The notes under the pieces were generated by a model. It made no database searches, was not told where the DNA came from, and saw nothing but the letters and a program-made list of their open reading frames with translations. DNA of 62,019 bases, filler included, from Globobulimina sp. (lineage: Eukaryota): the NCBI GenBank assembly GCA_003354225.1. It is 29 parts of 29 records of this genome, joined end to end, with 100 filler letters (N's around TTAATTAATTAA, not from the genome) between each part and the next. Parts side by side here need not be neighbours in the genome. Positions count along the whole stretch, not along the records: positions 10,721 to 12,764 come from PIVH01009487.1; positions 12,865 to 14,908 come from PIVH01009488.1; positions 15,009 to 17,052 come from PIVH01009489.1; positions 17,153 to 19,196 come from PIVH01009490.1; positions 19,297 to 21,339 come from PIVH01009491.1; positions 21,440 to 23,482 come from PIVH01009492.1; 23 more parts are not named here. One strand, 5' to 3'. The position numbers and the translations under genes were made by a program. Positions 10,721 to 22,889 of the stretch are shown here, one piece after another. How positions within the stretch are numbered: position 1 is the first letter of the stretch; each line of letters starts with the position of its first letter.

Positions 10721-12764
10721 TGTCGCGTGTAAAGTACGAGGATCTGTCACATTTTATTGACTGACCCGTAATCAACGACGTCCACTTCTTCTCATTTCGC
10801 ATAATTTCCGTAAATTCCCTACACGCACAGTCCTCTCTACCTTTTGTAACGCCCAAATCGTTCAAGACGCTGCAAGTCATAAATCCCTTCCATTGATCGA
10901 TTTTATCTAAATTTATTTTATTATTATCAATGATTTTAATTTTGCCGACGTTGCAAAATTTTGCTATATTCTCATCCATGAAATCCGATGTTTCCTCCAA
11001 ATCCAATTTAAAAGTGTTCGGAGATATTATTTGATCCAATTTATCATAGCATTTATAACTGATTTTAAACTTTTCTATCGGGAAAACTGCGGCTAATTTG
11101 GCATATTATTATGATATTTGATTACTAACCAAAATGTTTTATCCTTTACTGCATCGATTATTAATTGCTCGCTCTCCGAATCTTCACTGTCCGAATTTTC
11201 TTTTTCTTCTTTATTATCGATCAAATTATCAAAATATTTCCTTTTTCTTCTCTCACGAATAAAATATGGCTTCTTCCATATTTTTAGGGCCTGTTTTTTT
11301 GTCAATTTATAGAATTTATTAAATGTATTATTTACTTGCCACACATCGTGACCTCTTGCAATTAAAAAGCTTTTGTAATTCCTAAATTGATTATTAATAA
11401 ATTGGTCATCGCAAATGCTTCTTATTCTGAGTGCCGTTGATGAGATAATTGCTCTCTTTTGGTGTCTCGCGTGGCATGAATCATTTTGTAAAGTACAGTG
11501 TGTATCCGTCGCTTTTGAGTGTACGTCAACGGCTATATTCCAACCCATAAATTCTCGATCTCCGAATTTCCTCAGTTTTCTTTGTACCAACAATTTGGTA
11601 TCCAAAATCTCCAAATATTTGCCGTTTAGATCGTCGTCTCTGTGCACGCAGTCGTAATCTAATGTGAATTGTAGTGATTGGTTCAATTTATTCATACCAA
11701 ATAAAAGGCATTTTAAATCGAACGTATTTCCAACTCCCGCTCCAAAAAAATCATCCCTGAATCTCCCATCCATTAAGACTTCCAATGCCGACCGCCTACT
11801 GATCCAATTACTATCTCTTAATAAATTACCATATAAAACTATCGCTAAATCTGCATAACGGCACGCCCAGCTTCTCCCCATTCCGCATCCTCGACTTTTA
11901 ATATAATGCTTTCCATTCCATACTGCGACCCCTCTCCGTAATGCTATATTCATCAAATCTAAAATGCATTCAATTGAAGGATGTTTTGCCAAAACATCCG
12001 AGTGTTCTTCCATCCGTAGTTTCAATTGTTTTAATCCGAATTCATGCAATATCGATGGGTACAATTTAACCACATCGAACGACCAAAATATAAACTGTTT
12101 TTTATTTCTAATATGCCATTGAATATGTTCGTTTTCATTGAAATTAATGATTCGGGTCACCAAATCTTTGGTGTCTTTCAATAAAAATCCTTTTTCTAAT
12201 TCCCGTTTCCAAATCGGCTCTATCGCATAATCCAAAAATCGGTCTGTTGCTTCCCAAAAAGTCCCCTCAAATGACGAAATTATACGCAATGACGGCTCCG
12301 CTTTGTGTGTCTTCCATAATGCATATAAATTTGCATCGCGATAATGGAAAGACGCCGGGAACTGCGGTTGCAACGCTCTGAACCATGCTTCTTTTATCTC
12401 TCCTTTGTCGACCCATTTTGACAATAATTCTGTTAAAATATCTATTTCTTGATTCCAATCGTAATTATTTACCTCTTCGAAACCTAACTTTATTAATGTT
12501 TTCAACACCATTTTATTCAATGTACCTGCGGTCGTTATCATATATAACGAGCCCTTGTCCTCTTTGACAGTGACTCTCCGCTCCGGGTCCTTTGTTTTTG
12601 TTCCCTCCTCAATACAATCCATATACGCTTCTTCTTCAATGTCCGTCAAATTTAATTTATAATTCAACGATAATTGTCTATGTTGGCATTGCTCATACAA
12701 TGCAATCTCAAAATTCTTAATAAATGCCTCTAAATTGATGTTATTTGAAGATTTACACAAATAC
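10721..12764 (-). mobile_element. Penelope-like retroelement: RT, thumb and Cys linker; disrupted near 11093
   Basis: LYALWKTHK, LRIIS, SFDVVKLYPSI, GCGMG..ACRYADL, RFRDD, EILDT, HSKATD..SCH; frameshift at KYHNNMPN* into LAAVFP..KISYK..GFMTC..CAC. Confidence 0.9.
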
Positions 12765-12864
12765 NNNNNNNNNNNNNNNNNNNNNNNNNNNNNNNNNNNN
12801 NNNNNNNNTTAATTAATTAANNNNNNNNNNNNNNNNNNNNNNNNNNNNNNNNNNNNNNNNNNNN

Positions 12865-14252
12865 ATTTTTGATTGCAACTGTTCTGTTTTTAATAGTGGC
12901 ATTACCAAATATGGAATTACCATTGAAACACCTAAAAAATATCCAAAACAAAATAACACAATCCATCCAACATTGTAATAATGGATAAAACGAACCCATA
13001 GAAATAGCAAAACCGCCGGAATCAATGAAAATAATGACAAACAAGAGTTTGCTATAATTTGTTGTTTTGAATCGCATTCATCCACATTATACGATAATAT
13101 TTTTAATGTGAATGGATAGAGCAACATTGATAGCAATGTGCCGACAGCGGCCACTGCCATCATTACCAATGATAACCCATCACTTTTATTTGCAAATTTG
13201 GTAGTTAGATACAATAAGCCCCATCCGGTTACAATGGCTGTTATAAACTGGCAAATACAGAAAGAAACACCAGTTAAAATAATCAAACTCCACTCCACTT
13301 TATTTAAAACAATATCTGCTTTTATTGCTTGTCTGTGTTGTATCATTTCATTTTTATCGATCATTATTCGCCATGCTGTTCTATCATAGATAGGGAAATC
13401 AATTTTGTCTGAAACCATGTTGTTATTCTGATTATGTTCGTATGTCCAATATTGTTGAACACTTTGTGTCACACTACTTCTTCTCCTGTATTTGCATGAT
13501 CCATCTTTGATTTCTCGCGATTTCTTTTCAACATAAAATTCTTCATCAAAAAATTGCATTTGGTTTGCCATTAATTTTGCTTCTTTGCCCAAAATAAAAA
13601 TCACATCGAACATAAATGATAAAAAACAAAATGCCGCACAAACATAAAATAAAATAGAGATTGATGTAAATGAAATAATTGATGCTGCAATAAACCAGGC
13701 TAAAATATCAATAATTACATATATTCCAAAAGAAATTTGTGAATATTCAGTGGATTGATCGTGTGGTAATATTTTTGATATGACACATAATGAGGTTGTT
13801 TTTTGAATTTCAAGTATTGAATAAACAGTAAAACAAGCCATTAAAGCAATGATTGACTTTACATTTGCCATTAAACCCAATGTGTACATACACAAAAACA
13901 TTCGCAATGTGATGGTAATATCACATGAAATATATTTAGCTAAATATGGAACTAATCTTCGTCGAATAGCGGATCCAATCCGCGATAAAAAGAATGTAAT
14001 ACCAATAATGTATGGTGATGCATTTAAATTTTTGAGATGAACTGCCATCACGGAACTGATAATTGTAACAACTAACATTGAAACACCTTGATTAACATAA
14101 ACTATTTTTGATACATAATTTTCTGATAAGCTCAAGCTGTTTCTTTGCGTTACATGTTCAAATTCTTCATTGCCAATCTCCTTATTTTCTTTATTTTCTT
14201 TATTTTCTTTATTTTCTTCATCTTTTGCTATCAATAATTTCTCGCTGTTCAT
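12865..14252 (-). CDS. MFS-type transporter (3'-partial)
   Basis: Two bundles of hydrophobic helices separated by a long hydrophilic loop; NASPYIIG loop. Confidence 0.7.
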
Positions 14253-14262
14253 TTTTTAAATA

Positions 14263-14890
14263 ATGTTTGCTTTTGGTGCTATTTGGGAAGACATAATTTC
14301 TTTTTTTAGAATCAATTATGAAATGGATGAAAACGACCAGCTACATTTTATTTCATCGGTTATCTTTAGTATTCTTGCTTTCATTAAAGTACATTTTTCT
14401 TGCATTTTGCTTTCGGTTATCTTTAGTATTCTTGCATTACCACAGCAACCTAAAATGGACGCGAGAGCATATTTTTCTGATCAATGGATTGCTCCATCGT
14501 GGGCTATACCATATGATGTGGAAGGTCCATGGATCGAGCAGCTATAGCGATTATGTGGGAGAAGGATCGTATCCACGAAATTGTGAGGCTTTTCCAAATG
14601 CTTCAAGAGGGACATTTGATGCAATTGCTATTGATGCTAATACACGAGTTATTTTATGGGAGAAAGAAAATTTTGAAGGTAAAGTGTTGTTGGATGAGAC
14701 TGGACCAATGCTGATAAATAATGTGCTGTATAAATATCCACAATTGATTACTGACATATTTCAAGATCTACAGATACAACAAAATTATCCATCAAGTGTT
14801 AGAGTGTGGAGTGAAACAAATATGCAAGGGCGACTACAGGAGAGTGATTCCCCCACAACTGGCTGCAAGTCGTCAAATTATTTAGGTTAA
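14263..14890 (+). CDS. Hypothetical protein split over two frames near 14535-14547; weak beta/gamma-crystallin-like segment
   Basis: TFDAIAIDANTRVILWEKENFEG; overlapping ORFs 14263-14547 and 14318-14890. Confidence 0.35.
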
Positions 14891-15062
14891 ATTCCTTGTT
14901 TTTGGTTANNNNNNNNNNNNNNNNNNNNNNNNNNNNNNNNNNNNNNNNNNNNTTAATTAATTAANNNNNNNNNNNNNNNNNNNNNNNNNNNNNNNNNNNN
15001 NNNNNNNNTGACTGAAATATTAATTAATCCAATCACTAATTAATGCCCATTTTGCAATTGGA

Positions 15063-15560
15063 TCATTCTGACTTTGGATTCGCAATGTGATACAGCAACG
15101 CAACATCAATGCTTTGCTCATTAAAATTTGTCCATTCAATACTCATTTGCTTTCCAAACAATATTGGTAGTGATACAGCAAGTAAGCTGTTATTATCATT
15201 GAACAATTCAACTTTATAATTAATATCTGGAGGAATGGGCTCTGCTGATGTTGAATTTAAATGTACATAGATATCAGAGTTGTTAAGCATGCATAAATAT
15301 CGGTTTTTGATCATTGAGTCACAATGATGCATGAATGGTACCCTTGGATATGATGTAAGCTCATTGTTTGTTGCAGATAATTTTATAAATTTTGGGTTTT
15401 GCTCAATTATAATGTTTGATAAGTAAATTTTGAAATGTAGATGAGTGACGTCTAAATGTGGTAATTGAAGCCATGATATCACACCAATCGTTGTGTTATT
15501 ACATGAAAATGCGAATGCAAATAAGTGCAATAACGATAAAAGAGTACTGTAAAACATCAT
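15063..15560 (-). CDS. Putative secreted protein
   Basis: Signal-peptide-like N-terminus MMFYSTLLSLLHLFAFA; several N-x-S/T sites. Confidence 0.5.
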   Translation of the reverse strand: MMFYSTLLSLLHLFAFAFSCNNTTIGVISWLQLPHLDVTHLHFKIYLSNIIIEQNPKFIKLSATNNELTSYPRVPFMHHCDSMIKNRYLCMLNNSDIYVHLNSTSAEPIPPDINYKVELFNDNNSLLAVSLPILFGKQMSIEWTNFNEQSIDVALLYHIANPKSE

Positions 15561-15705
15561 TTTGAGGTGGTAACTGATTTTTAAACTTCAAATTAAAAAA
15601 GAATAATGACATTCTTCACGCTATTGTCACGATCGAAATCATTCATAATCGAGCAGAAACATTTATGTCATATGATATTTTTTCTATTTCCGAGATTAAC
15701 ATATA

Positions 15706-16827
15706 ATGTCAGAACACAGCGATAATTTTGTCCAACCTCCACAAGTTAACAGCATCAAAATCATTCGACCTCAACTGTTAAATGATAAAATACAAATTGA
15801 TTTATGCCACAAACCATTTGTTGGAGGCTATATCAACAGAAAAACAAATCGTGAATATCATCATGTAGCGGTCCAATATCGGGATCCCTACATTATTAAG
15901 GAAAATAAGACATTATTTTGTAGAGAAACTCAAACTGTTAAAACTAAACATTTCCAACAACAAACAAGTCGTCACTGCCACACTCAAATGGATAGAACTG
16001 ATTTGTTATTGGATCATTCAAATGATTTTGAAATTGATGACAAATACACAATATTGACAAAGCAAATGCAATCAACTAAAATAGACTGCGCAGTTAAAAT
16101 CCAATGTGCATTTCGAACTTATTCCGCCAAACGTAAAGTAAATAAAATGAAGTCAGAAAAGAAAGAGAAAATTCATACTAAAATGATTCAACTCAAACAA
16201 CAACAAATGTTGCTGGAAAAACAACAAAAGCTATTGAGATATAAGCAAAATAATCCTCAGCATTCATATCAATTTAGAAATATTATCAACAATTTGTCAA
16301 AGGGTAACAACCAGAAACTAACCAATTTAATCAAAAATAAACGAATTCCGAATCGCATAAAACAACAGAAAAAGAATAAAATGATACACGAACACAACAA
16401 ACAACTCCGAAACATACAACAGCGACAAGTAAAGACACAAAAGAAACAGAAAAAGTTACTAAAAAACAATCTGTTCAAACAGCTCATGTCTCCAAAGACC
16501 TGGATACTGTCGGATGGCACACCCGTTTCAGTCCGAACTCCTACAACGTGTCGAGCAGAACAGTTAGTATTTATATATAACGCGTTAAAAGACAAGACAT
16601 TGTCCACAAAACATAGATTAGAATTGCTATCTCGATTAGAACGGATTATTACAACGGAGATAGAAGTAAATTCAATAGAAATCCACAATGATATCAATGA
16701 AATTTGCGATTTAATTGATCGCGAACGAGATATGATTTCACGGAAACGCCAGAAAAAATCATTACGTGGATTAAAAAAAAGATTACTAAATAAATATTTT
16801 AATCTTTTACCCAAAAAAGGCCGGTAA
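15706..16827 (+). CDS. IQUB: IQUB-like flagellar radial-spoke protein
   Basis: KPFVGGY..REYHH, CRETQTV, TQM, IQ motif (IQCAFRTYSAK), TPTTCRA, LIDRE, LRGLKKR. Confidence 0.8.
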   Translation: MSEHSDNFVQPPQVNSIKIIRPQLLNDKIQIDLCHKPFVGGYINRKTNREYHHVAVQYRDPYIIKENKTLFCRETQTVKTKHFQQQTSRHCHTQMDRTDLLLDHSNDFEIDDKYTILTKQMQSTKIDCAVKIQCAFRTYSAKRKVNKMKSEKKEKIHTKMIQLKQQQMLLEKQQKLLRYKQNNPQHSYQFRNIINNLSKGNNQKLTNLIKNKRIPNRIKQQKKNKMIHEHNKQLRNIQQRQVKTQKKQKKLLKNNLFKQLMSPKTWILSDGTPVSVRTPTTCRAEQLVFIYNALKDKTLSTKHRLELLSRLERIITTEIEVNSIEIHNDINEICDLIDRERDMISRKRQKKSLRGLKKRLLNKYFNLLPKKGR

Positions 16828-16858
16828 AAGTGGAATTACTCCACTCCTTTTGACCCGT

Positions 16859-16937
16859 TTACCCCACTTAGTTGAGAAAAATTAGAAACGAAAAACACTT
16901 TTACCCCACTTAGTGGAGTAAAATAGAAACGAAAAAA
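16859..16937. repeat. Two ~42-bp tandem units sharing a 21-mer with 48664-48684
   Basis: TTACCCCACTTAGT..TAGAAACGAAAAA twice; TAGAAACGAAAAACACTTTTA identical at 16883 and 48664. Confidence 0.7.
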
Positions 16938-17379
16938 GAAACAAAAACAAACAAAAAACACAAAACCTTATAGAAAACAAAAAAATGTGCTTAATTATGG
17001 GATAATAAAAAAAAATGTGATGATTGGGATTTGGACCCAAATCTTATTTATANNNNNNNNNNNNNNNNNNNNNNNNNNNNNNNNNNNNNNNNNNNNTTAA
17101 TTAATTAANNNNNNNNNNNNNNNNNNNNNNNNNNNNNNNNNNNNNNNNNNNNATCTTGTATGGGTGTTGAACTATTATACCAAAACAAGTTTTCAACAGA
17201 TTTGTGGGAAGTTCTTTTCTTCTTCAAAACTTTAAGAAATCAATTCAATTCGTAACCATTCGTTTCAATTACCAGACTCATGGGACTGAATGTTTTTTTA
17301 TTAACAATTTTAATTAATAACAATTTCAATATAAATCAAACATGCATATGAGTTACAAATGACTAGAATGAAAGAAAAA

Positions 17380-19196
17380 CTATTTTTTGTTCAATCTCCA
17401 TTCTTTGTGGAATTTATTACCTCGCGTCGCTTCAAAGTAATTGTCCTCTTTATCAAAATTGCCGCGCAATTTATCCCGAATTCTCCTCCTTTTTCTCTGT
17501 TTTTCTTCCTGCAATTTCTCTTTCCTAAACACGCGTTTTCTTTTTCTTTGTTTCCGCTTAGCTTCCACTTCGCGCTCATTATGATTCGCCGCGATCTGCG
17601 CTATGCTGCTCACAAATGTCTGTATCTTTTTCTCTTCCTTTGTCGCATAATTTTCTTTCGCCAAATATTTCTCCTTTGTCGTCCTCAAATCGCGATGATA
17701 TTTTGGCCGCAATCTGTACGGTAACTGCTTTTCTATTTTCTTCGGAACCGTCAATTTATTAAATCTCCGCAACGGATTCCTCCGCCGATCCCCCGGTTTA
17801 TTATACACAGAATCATTGAAACGTTTTATATGCTCACTTTTCAGACTAATCTGCTTCTCATATTTTATCTGCCCCCTCGTCTTCATCCCCTTCCATCCAT
17901 TTTGATTCACCAACAATAAGTTCCGCACACTATAATAAAACGACAACGGTTTGATAGGAATCCATGATTTCATAAATATAATGTCAGATTTTAGCAATTT
18001 ATCCTCAAACGAGGCGCGAAAATTACCTCTGAACCCTTCGTATTTCTTGATACTGCCTCTTATACCGGACACAGTTTGCAACTTCGCGCCCATAAATTTG
18101 GACACTTCGATGTTTGTATTGAACATTCCCTTCACAAAACACGTATTCTTATGGATCTCATACGGCTCGCCCACCAACTTCAATTTCTTGACAATTTTAT
18201 ACGACAAGTTGGCTGACAGTATATTGCCAGTCGCAGCGATGCGAAATCCGCTGACCACGTCCTCGTGATTGCCGCTGTATATATAGCCCAAGAGGCCGGT
18301 ATTGGGCGGCACGATGGGCCCATAAAAGACGCATAAACAGTGTAGGTAATCGGGTGTGTATTTGATCATTCTCAACCGCTTATTGCTAATGGAAGAGTTT
18401 CTGTCCTCCATACAAAACATAGGACAGGTTTGGTACCGCCGCCATCCACAACTTATAATCAACGGATCGTTGAATTTCAACAACCGTTTGTACCATCGAT
18501 GCTTTTTAATCCTACATTGGATTAAACCAAACTGCATCTCCTCCATTAACAGCCCGCCGATTATGATCGGATATTCTAAGTTGAAATTAATGTCGAATTC
18601 CGCCGGAATCTGCTCAATGACGATACGTACGTAGGTTCCCGCAATGTAGCCACGATATTCATTCTTCATTTGGTCAGTTTCATCTTCAAACTCCGCCACA
18701 TTTAACTCGTTTTGCTTCGCCATTTGCTCCCTTACAATGTCCATATAATACACTCCCTTCCCAGGGCCTGGCAAATTCTTTCTGTCATCATGTCCCAATC
18801 CACCTTTTCCTCGCAACTTGCCCTTACGATCGCGCTTATCCTCCTTCATCTGAGTGTAGTCGCCCTTTTTCTTGAATATCTTGTCTTGCTGTTCCGAATT
18901 TATTCCAGTTTTATCGAATGCAGCGTCAAACCCTAATAATCCACTGTCAAACTCACGGTCAAATTGCTGTTTCTTTTTAATTTTCGCTTCGATCCGCTGC
19001 AAATCTTCCAAGTCCATGGTAGAAATATCGCGGTTTATACGCGTTTCTTCTGTCGTTTCTTTCTCATCATCCTTATTTTCAATATCTTTTTTGGCAAACA
19101 AGCCCTTTTCAGCAAATGACAATTTATCCTCCATCGAGATATCGCCAGTGATGCCCTTCTCTTTCATCAGTTTTTCTAATTTGAACTCCCAATCTA
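17380..19196 (-). CDS. BMS1: Ribosome biogenesis protein BMS1, C-terminal half (5'-partial)
   Basis: GTYVRI, IKKHRWYKRLLKFNDPLIISCGWRRYQT, RMIKYTPDYLHC, KKLKLVGEP, TVSGIRGSIKK, FEDKLLKSDI. Confidence 0.93.
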
Positions 19197-19321
19197 NNNN
19201 NNNNNNNNNNNNNNNNNNNNNNNNNNNNNNNNNNNNNNNNTTAATTAATTAANNNNNNNNNNNNNNNNNNNNNNNNNNNNNNNNNNNNNNNNNNNNTCTT
19301 ACTTATATATACTTTAACAAT

Positions 19322-20683
19322 CTAAAAGTAAAAAAGTTTTCTACGAATAGAGCAGACATATTGAGTCCAACTTTGATTCTGTGATAAGGTGCGTGTGGCT
19401 CTTGCAAGTTCATTTATAATAACTGCCATTCCATTTATATTCACAGCAGCCACACAATTATGACTTGGATCCAATGGATCTATAATAAGCATTGCATTTT
19501 GTGCGTGTTGGTCTGGCACTCGTTTAAATACTCCTTCTTTACAAATATCAATACCATATTCCTTAAAATTAAAAGTGCTCCAAAACTCAAAAAATCCAAA
19601 TAATAATTCATCCAAAGCCAATACTTTTGATCCATTTGCTGCCTTATTTTGACTTATTATTTTTTTATTATTCATATAATTATCCAGATCAGTTACAATC
19701 GGTAAGATGGCTGGTTTGACCATTTGTAAATATTTAATTGCCATTAAAACATAGCCATAGCAATTAATAAATCCTTTGTGTGACTGATGAATCTCTCTCA
19801 TTTTACACCAATATTTTATATTTACAATAAATGGTCGTATCCGAGCATCAAAATTGTAATTTAACAAAGAATGCATTAATTTTACCGTTGATCTTAATTT
19901 ATTTTGTTCTTTTATTGAAACTCCGCATAAATCCATGCGAATATTATAAAAAGGATCCATTATTTTAATCGTTGGCATTGAATAAAACTTACTTGTCTTA
20001 AATGCACATTTTATTTTCAACGAATACGGTCCGCCTTCATATTGACATTGCTGTAGCATATTATTCATATTTTCATTTTTTAAATATTCTTTCCGATCTC
20101 GAAGCAATTTGCTTCTATTTTGATGACAAATTATCATTTCTTTCTTGCTCCAAACAACGTTTACTAAATTCTCATTGTAATGGTTTGTATTTGCATATTC
20201 CTTATAAAAATCAGGCGTTATTTGTGTTCGTAGGAGTCTCTTTTTTAAACGTTTTAATATTGCGATGGAAACTGAATCATCGTTTTCTTGACAGTCTGTT
20301 CTGAGTAATACAGCATAATCTATATCTGATTCGTTGTTAATTCCATTTACATCAATACCTAACGGACATGAACCAAATAAGACCGATATCTCATTCTTAT
20401 TAAAATCAATAGTTTCGTGCACGTGCAAATGTTTAATTTCATCCATCATACAGCTTTCAATAAATTTATAAAAATCCTTTCTATTCTTACTGTGTTGCTT
20501 TGATGCTCTCGTTTCTGCGAATACGCCATATAATTCACTCTCTAATGTACTCTCATTATTATTCGTATTATATTTCATGTTGCATTTTCCATCAGTATCT
20601 GGTTCTAATTTTATTTGTTTCTCCAATGATTGTTCAGTCGTTAAATCCAATTTACTCTCAAACATTATGCTGGGAAAGCTCAT
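19322..20683 (-). CDS. Cid1/Trf4-family non-canonical poly(A)/poly(U) nucleotidyltransferase
   Basis: LFGS..SDIDY catalytic motif, IKYWCK..I..GFINCYGYVLMAI, PAP-associated IIDPLDPSHN. Confidence 0.85.
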   Translation of the reverse strand: MSFPSIMFESKLDLTTEQSLEKQIKLEPDTDGKCNMKYNTNNNESTLESELYGVFAETRASKQHSKNRKDFYKFIESCMMDEIKHLHVHETIDFNKNEISVLFGSCPLGIDVNGINNESDIDYAVLLRTDCQENDDSVSIAILKRLKKRLLRTQITPDFYKEYANTNHYNENLVNVVWSKKEMIICHQNRSKLLRDRKEYLKNENMNNMLQQCQYEGGPYSLKIKCAFKTSKFYSMPTIKIMDPFYNIRMDLCGVSIKEQNKLRSTVKLMHSLLNYNFDARIRPFIVNIKYWCKMREIHQSHKGFINCYGYVLMAIKYLQMVKPAILPIVTDLDNYMNNKKIISQNKAANGSKVLALDELLFGFFEFWSTFNFKEYGIDICKEGVFKRVPDQHAQNAMLIIDPLDPSHNCVAAVNINGMAVIINELARATRTLSQNQSWTQYVCSIRRKLFYF

Positions 20684-20890
20684 TTTTTGTTTTCTGTTGT
20701 GTTTAATTGTCAGTACGGAACAATTAACTTATATATAAATAGAATGGGCCTTATAAAATAGAATAAATAGAAATTATGAATAAATACCAACAGATATTGT
20801 TTTTTGGGGTTGCCATGAAAAGTGAGAAAAAGCGTAATTCGCAGAAAGTAAGTGGGTAATTTATTAATTGCACATAATAAGAATTACAAA

Positions 20891-21339
20891 TCATGTTAAA
20901 ACAGCAAGAACATCTAATTGAATGATATTTGCATTTTTGCATTTTAGCAAAGAAGCTAAATTAGGAAATGTTCTCCCTCGATCACCATGACAAAATTCCT
21001 TAATATAAGTTCCAGCTTCGGCTACAATCTCAACAGAGATCCAATGACTTGAGATCCATTTTAATTTAATATCATTTATTTTTTTTGTTCTTTCTGACAA
21101 TGACCGACGATGTAATACACGAATTGGCGTCCATTGTTTTAATAATAATGGATATTTGATCTGATTCTCACTCAAAACATGATCCAATTCTATCTGGTTC
21201 TTAATTGGTGACGATATCCAACATAAACAACCATACGATTTATTCTTTGTATTCTCGGTCGATTTCATCCATTCCAAATAGCTCTCACTCACAACCCGCA
21301 AATTATTCACTTTTATCACTCCATTCACATCCTGATTGC
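20891..21339 (-). CDS. PUS10: tRNA pseudouridine synthase Pus10, C-terminal part
   Basis: QWTPIRVLHRR, AGTYIKEFCHGDRGRTFPNL, LDV. Confidence 0.92.
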
Positions 21340-21439
21340 NNNNNNNNNNNNNNNNNNNNNNNNNNNNNNNNNNNNNNNNNNNNTTAATTAATTAANNNNN
21401 NNNNNNNNNNNNNNNNNNNNNNNNNNNNNNNNNNNNNNN

Positions 21440-21866
21440 CAACATCGCGATATAAATGCACCCAGGCAACTAATAACAGACATATTAGCAATGAGATTGA
21501 GGCCATGACCATCATTAATGTCAATATAGCTTGATTTGGTAAAAATTGCTCATATGTTTGGCTGCAATCAGATGAACCATAGTCAATGTCACATACACAT
21601 GAACCATTTGTAAAATCACAAAAGCCTTTGCCTGAACAAAATGTGTTTGTTGCGGGGTTATATGGACAGTTGAACGAATTGAAACAGTTTAAATTGTCAG
21701 TATGTGATGTATAATTTGCAAGATTGCATGAACACGAATCGTAATATGTATTGGATGTGTCGCAAACTGATACAATGAATTTAGAATAATTTGATTGAGA
21801 GAGTGCTGGATCTATATTTGTACTGTAGATTGTGAATAATATTGTGATGAGAATATTGGTATACAT
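21440..21866 (-). CDS. Signal peptide + EGF-like domain + transmembrane helix (3'-partial receptor)
   Basis: CSGKGFCDFTNGSCVCDIDYGSSDC; TM LMMVMASISLLICLLLVAWV. Confidence 0.75.
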
Positions 21867-21918
21867 TTAATTTCCTTTTTTTTTTATTCTTTTTTTATGA
21901 ATGATGCCATGTTAGTAA

Positions 21919-22272
21919 GATTGAAGTCACACTAAATGTAATGAAAACTTTTGAATTCGACAATGTAAACAACGTTTCAATGACGTTTTTGACGTTTTTG
22001 ATTTGCTGTTTTGTTATAGAAACAACGTTGTTTACATTGTCAAATTCAAAAGTTTCCATTACATTTAGTGTGACTTCAATCAATCCCTCACAGGGATGTT
22101 CAAGCAATCTGTGAGTCTGGAGTCGGACTTACGTCCTGACTGAATTTTGTCCCACTACTACAATGTAAACAACGTTTCAATGACGTTTTTGATTTGCTGT
22201 TTTGTTATAGAAACGACGTTGTTTACATTGTCAAATTCAAAAGTTTCCATTACATTTAGTGTGACTTCAATC
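21919..22272. mobile_element. Composite MITE-like element with ~57-bp TIRs, internal duplication and TAA flanks
   Basis: GATTGAAGTCACACTAAATGTAATG.. (21919) is inverted at ..CATTACATTTAGTGTGACTTCAATC ending 22081 and again ending 22272; TAA at 21916-21918 and 22273-22275. Confidence 0.8.
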
Positions 22273-22328
22273 TAAGTGAACTCGAAGTAATGATTTTGTG
22301 ATGATATTTATATCATTTTGTTTACAAC

Positions 22329-22889
22329 ATGATTAAAGCTATATTAATTCTCAACAATCATGGCAAAACAAGATTATCTCGCTTTTATACGCGAGTTCAC
22401 CAACAGAAACAACAGCGAATTATTCGTGATTTATTTTCTATTGTTTCCAAAAGAAATGGTAATGTTTGTAATTTTGTGGAATTATCAAAATCTCTGATAA
22501 CACATAAAGAGCAAAAAGGAACACACGAAGAGAAGTATAATCTGGAAATCTCTGACTGGTTTCATTCTAAATTAATATACAGGCGATATTCTACATTATT
22601 TTTTATATTTGTGGTGGATTTATGTGAATCAGAGTTAAGTATTTTGGATTTGATTCAAGTATTTGTGGAAGCATTATCAGAGAGATTTGCCAATGTTTGT
22701 GAATTGGACATCGTTTTTAATTATGCTGAAGTTAACAAAATATTGGAGGAAATTGTAATGGGAGGAATGGTCTTAGAAACTGACTTGAATACAATATTGA
22801 AATCATACAATGACACCATTTTATATGAAAAAATCAGCTGTGAAATTGCAAAGAAACCTGTAACAAAAATAAGCATCTTCAAAACGTAG
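22329..22889 (+). CDS. AP3S: Adaptor complex small (sigma) subunit, AP-3 type
   Basis: MIKAILILNNHGKTRLSRFY, LIYRRYSTLFF, ESELSILDLIQVFVEAL, NVCELDIVF, EIVMGGMVLET. Confidence 0.9.
   Translation: MIKAILILNNHGKTRLSRFYTRVHQQKQQRIIRDLFSIVSKRNGNVCNFVELSKSLITHKEQKGTHEEKYNLEISDWFHSKLIYRRYSTLFFIFVVDLCESELSILDLIQVFVEALSERFANVCELDIVFNYAEVNKILEEIVMGGMVLETDLNTILKSYNDTILYEKISCEIAKKPVTKISIFKT

Noticed and set aside
4613-12764. Apparent cluster of methyltransferase, recombinase and RT suggesting one mobile or defence system
   Set aside because: They lie on separate, length-sorted contigs, so adjacency is not biological.
16269-16814. Long antisense ORFs here and opposite BMS1, importin and G-alpha
   Set aside because: Shadows of the real coding strand.
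21895-22107. 70-aa ORF
   Set aside because: Lies within the palindromic MITE.
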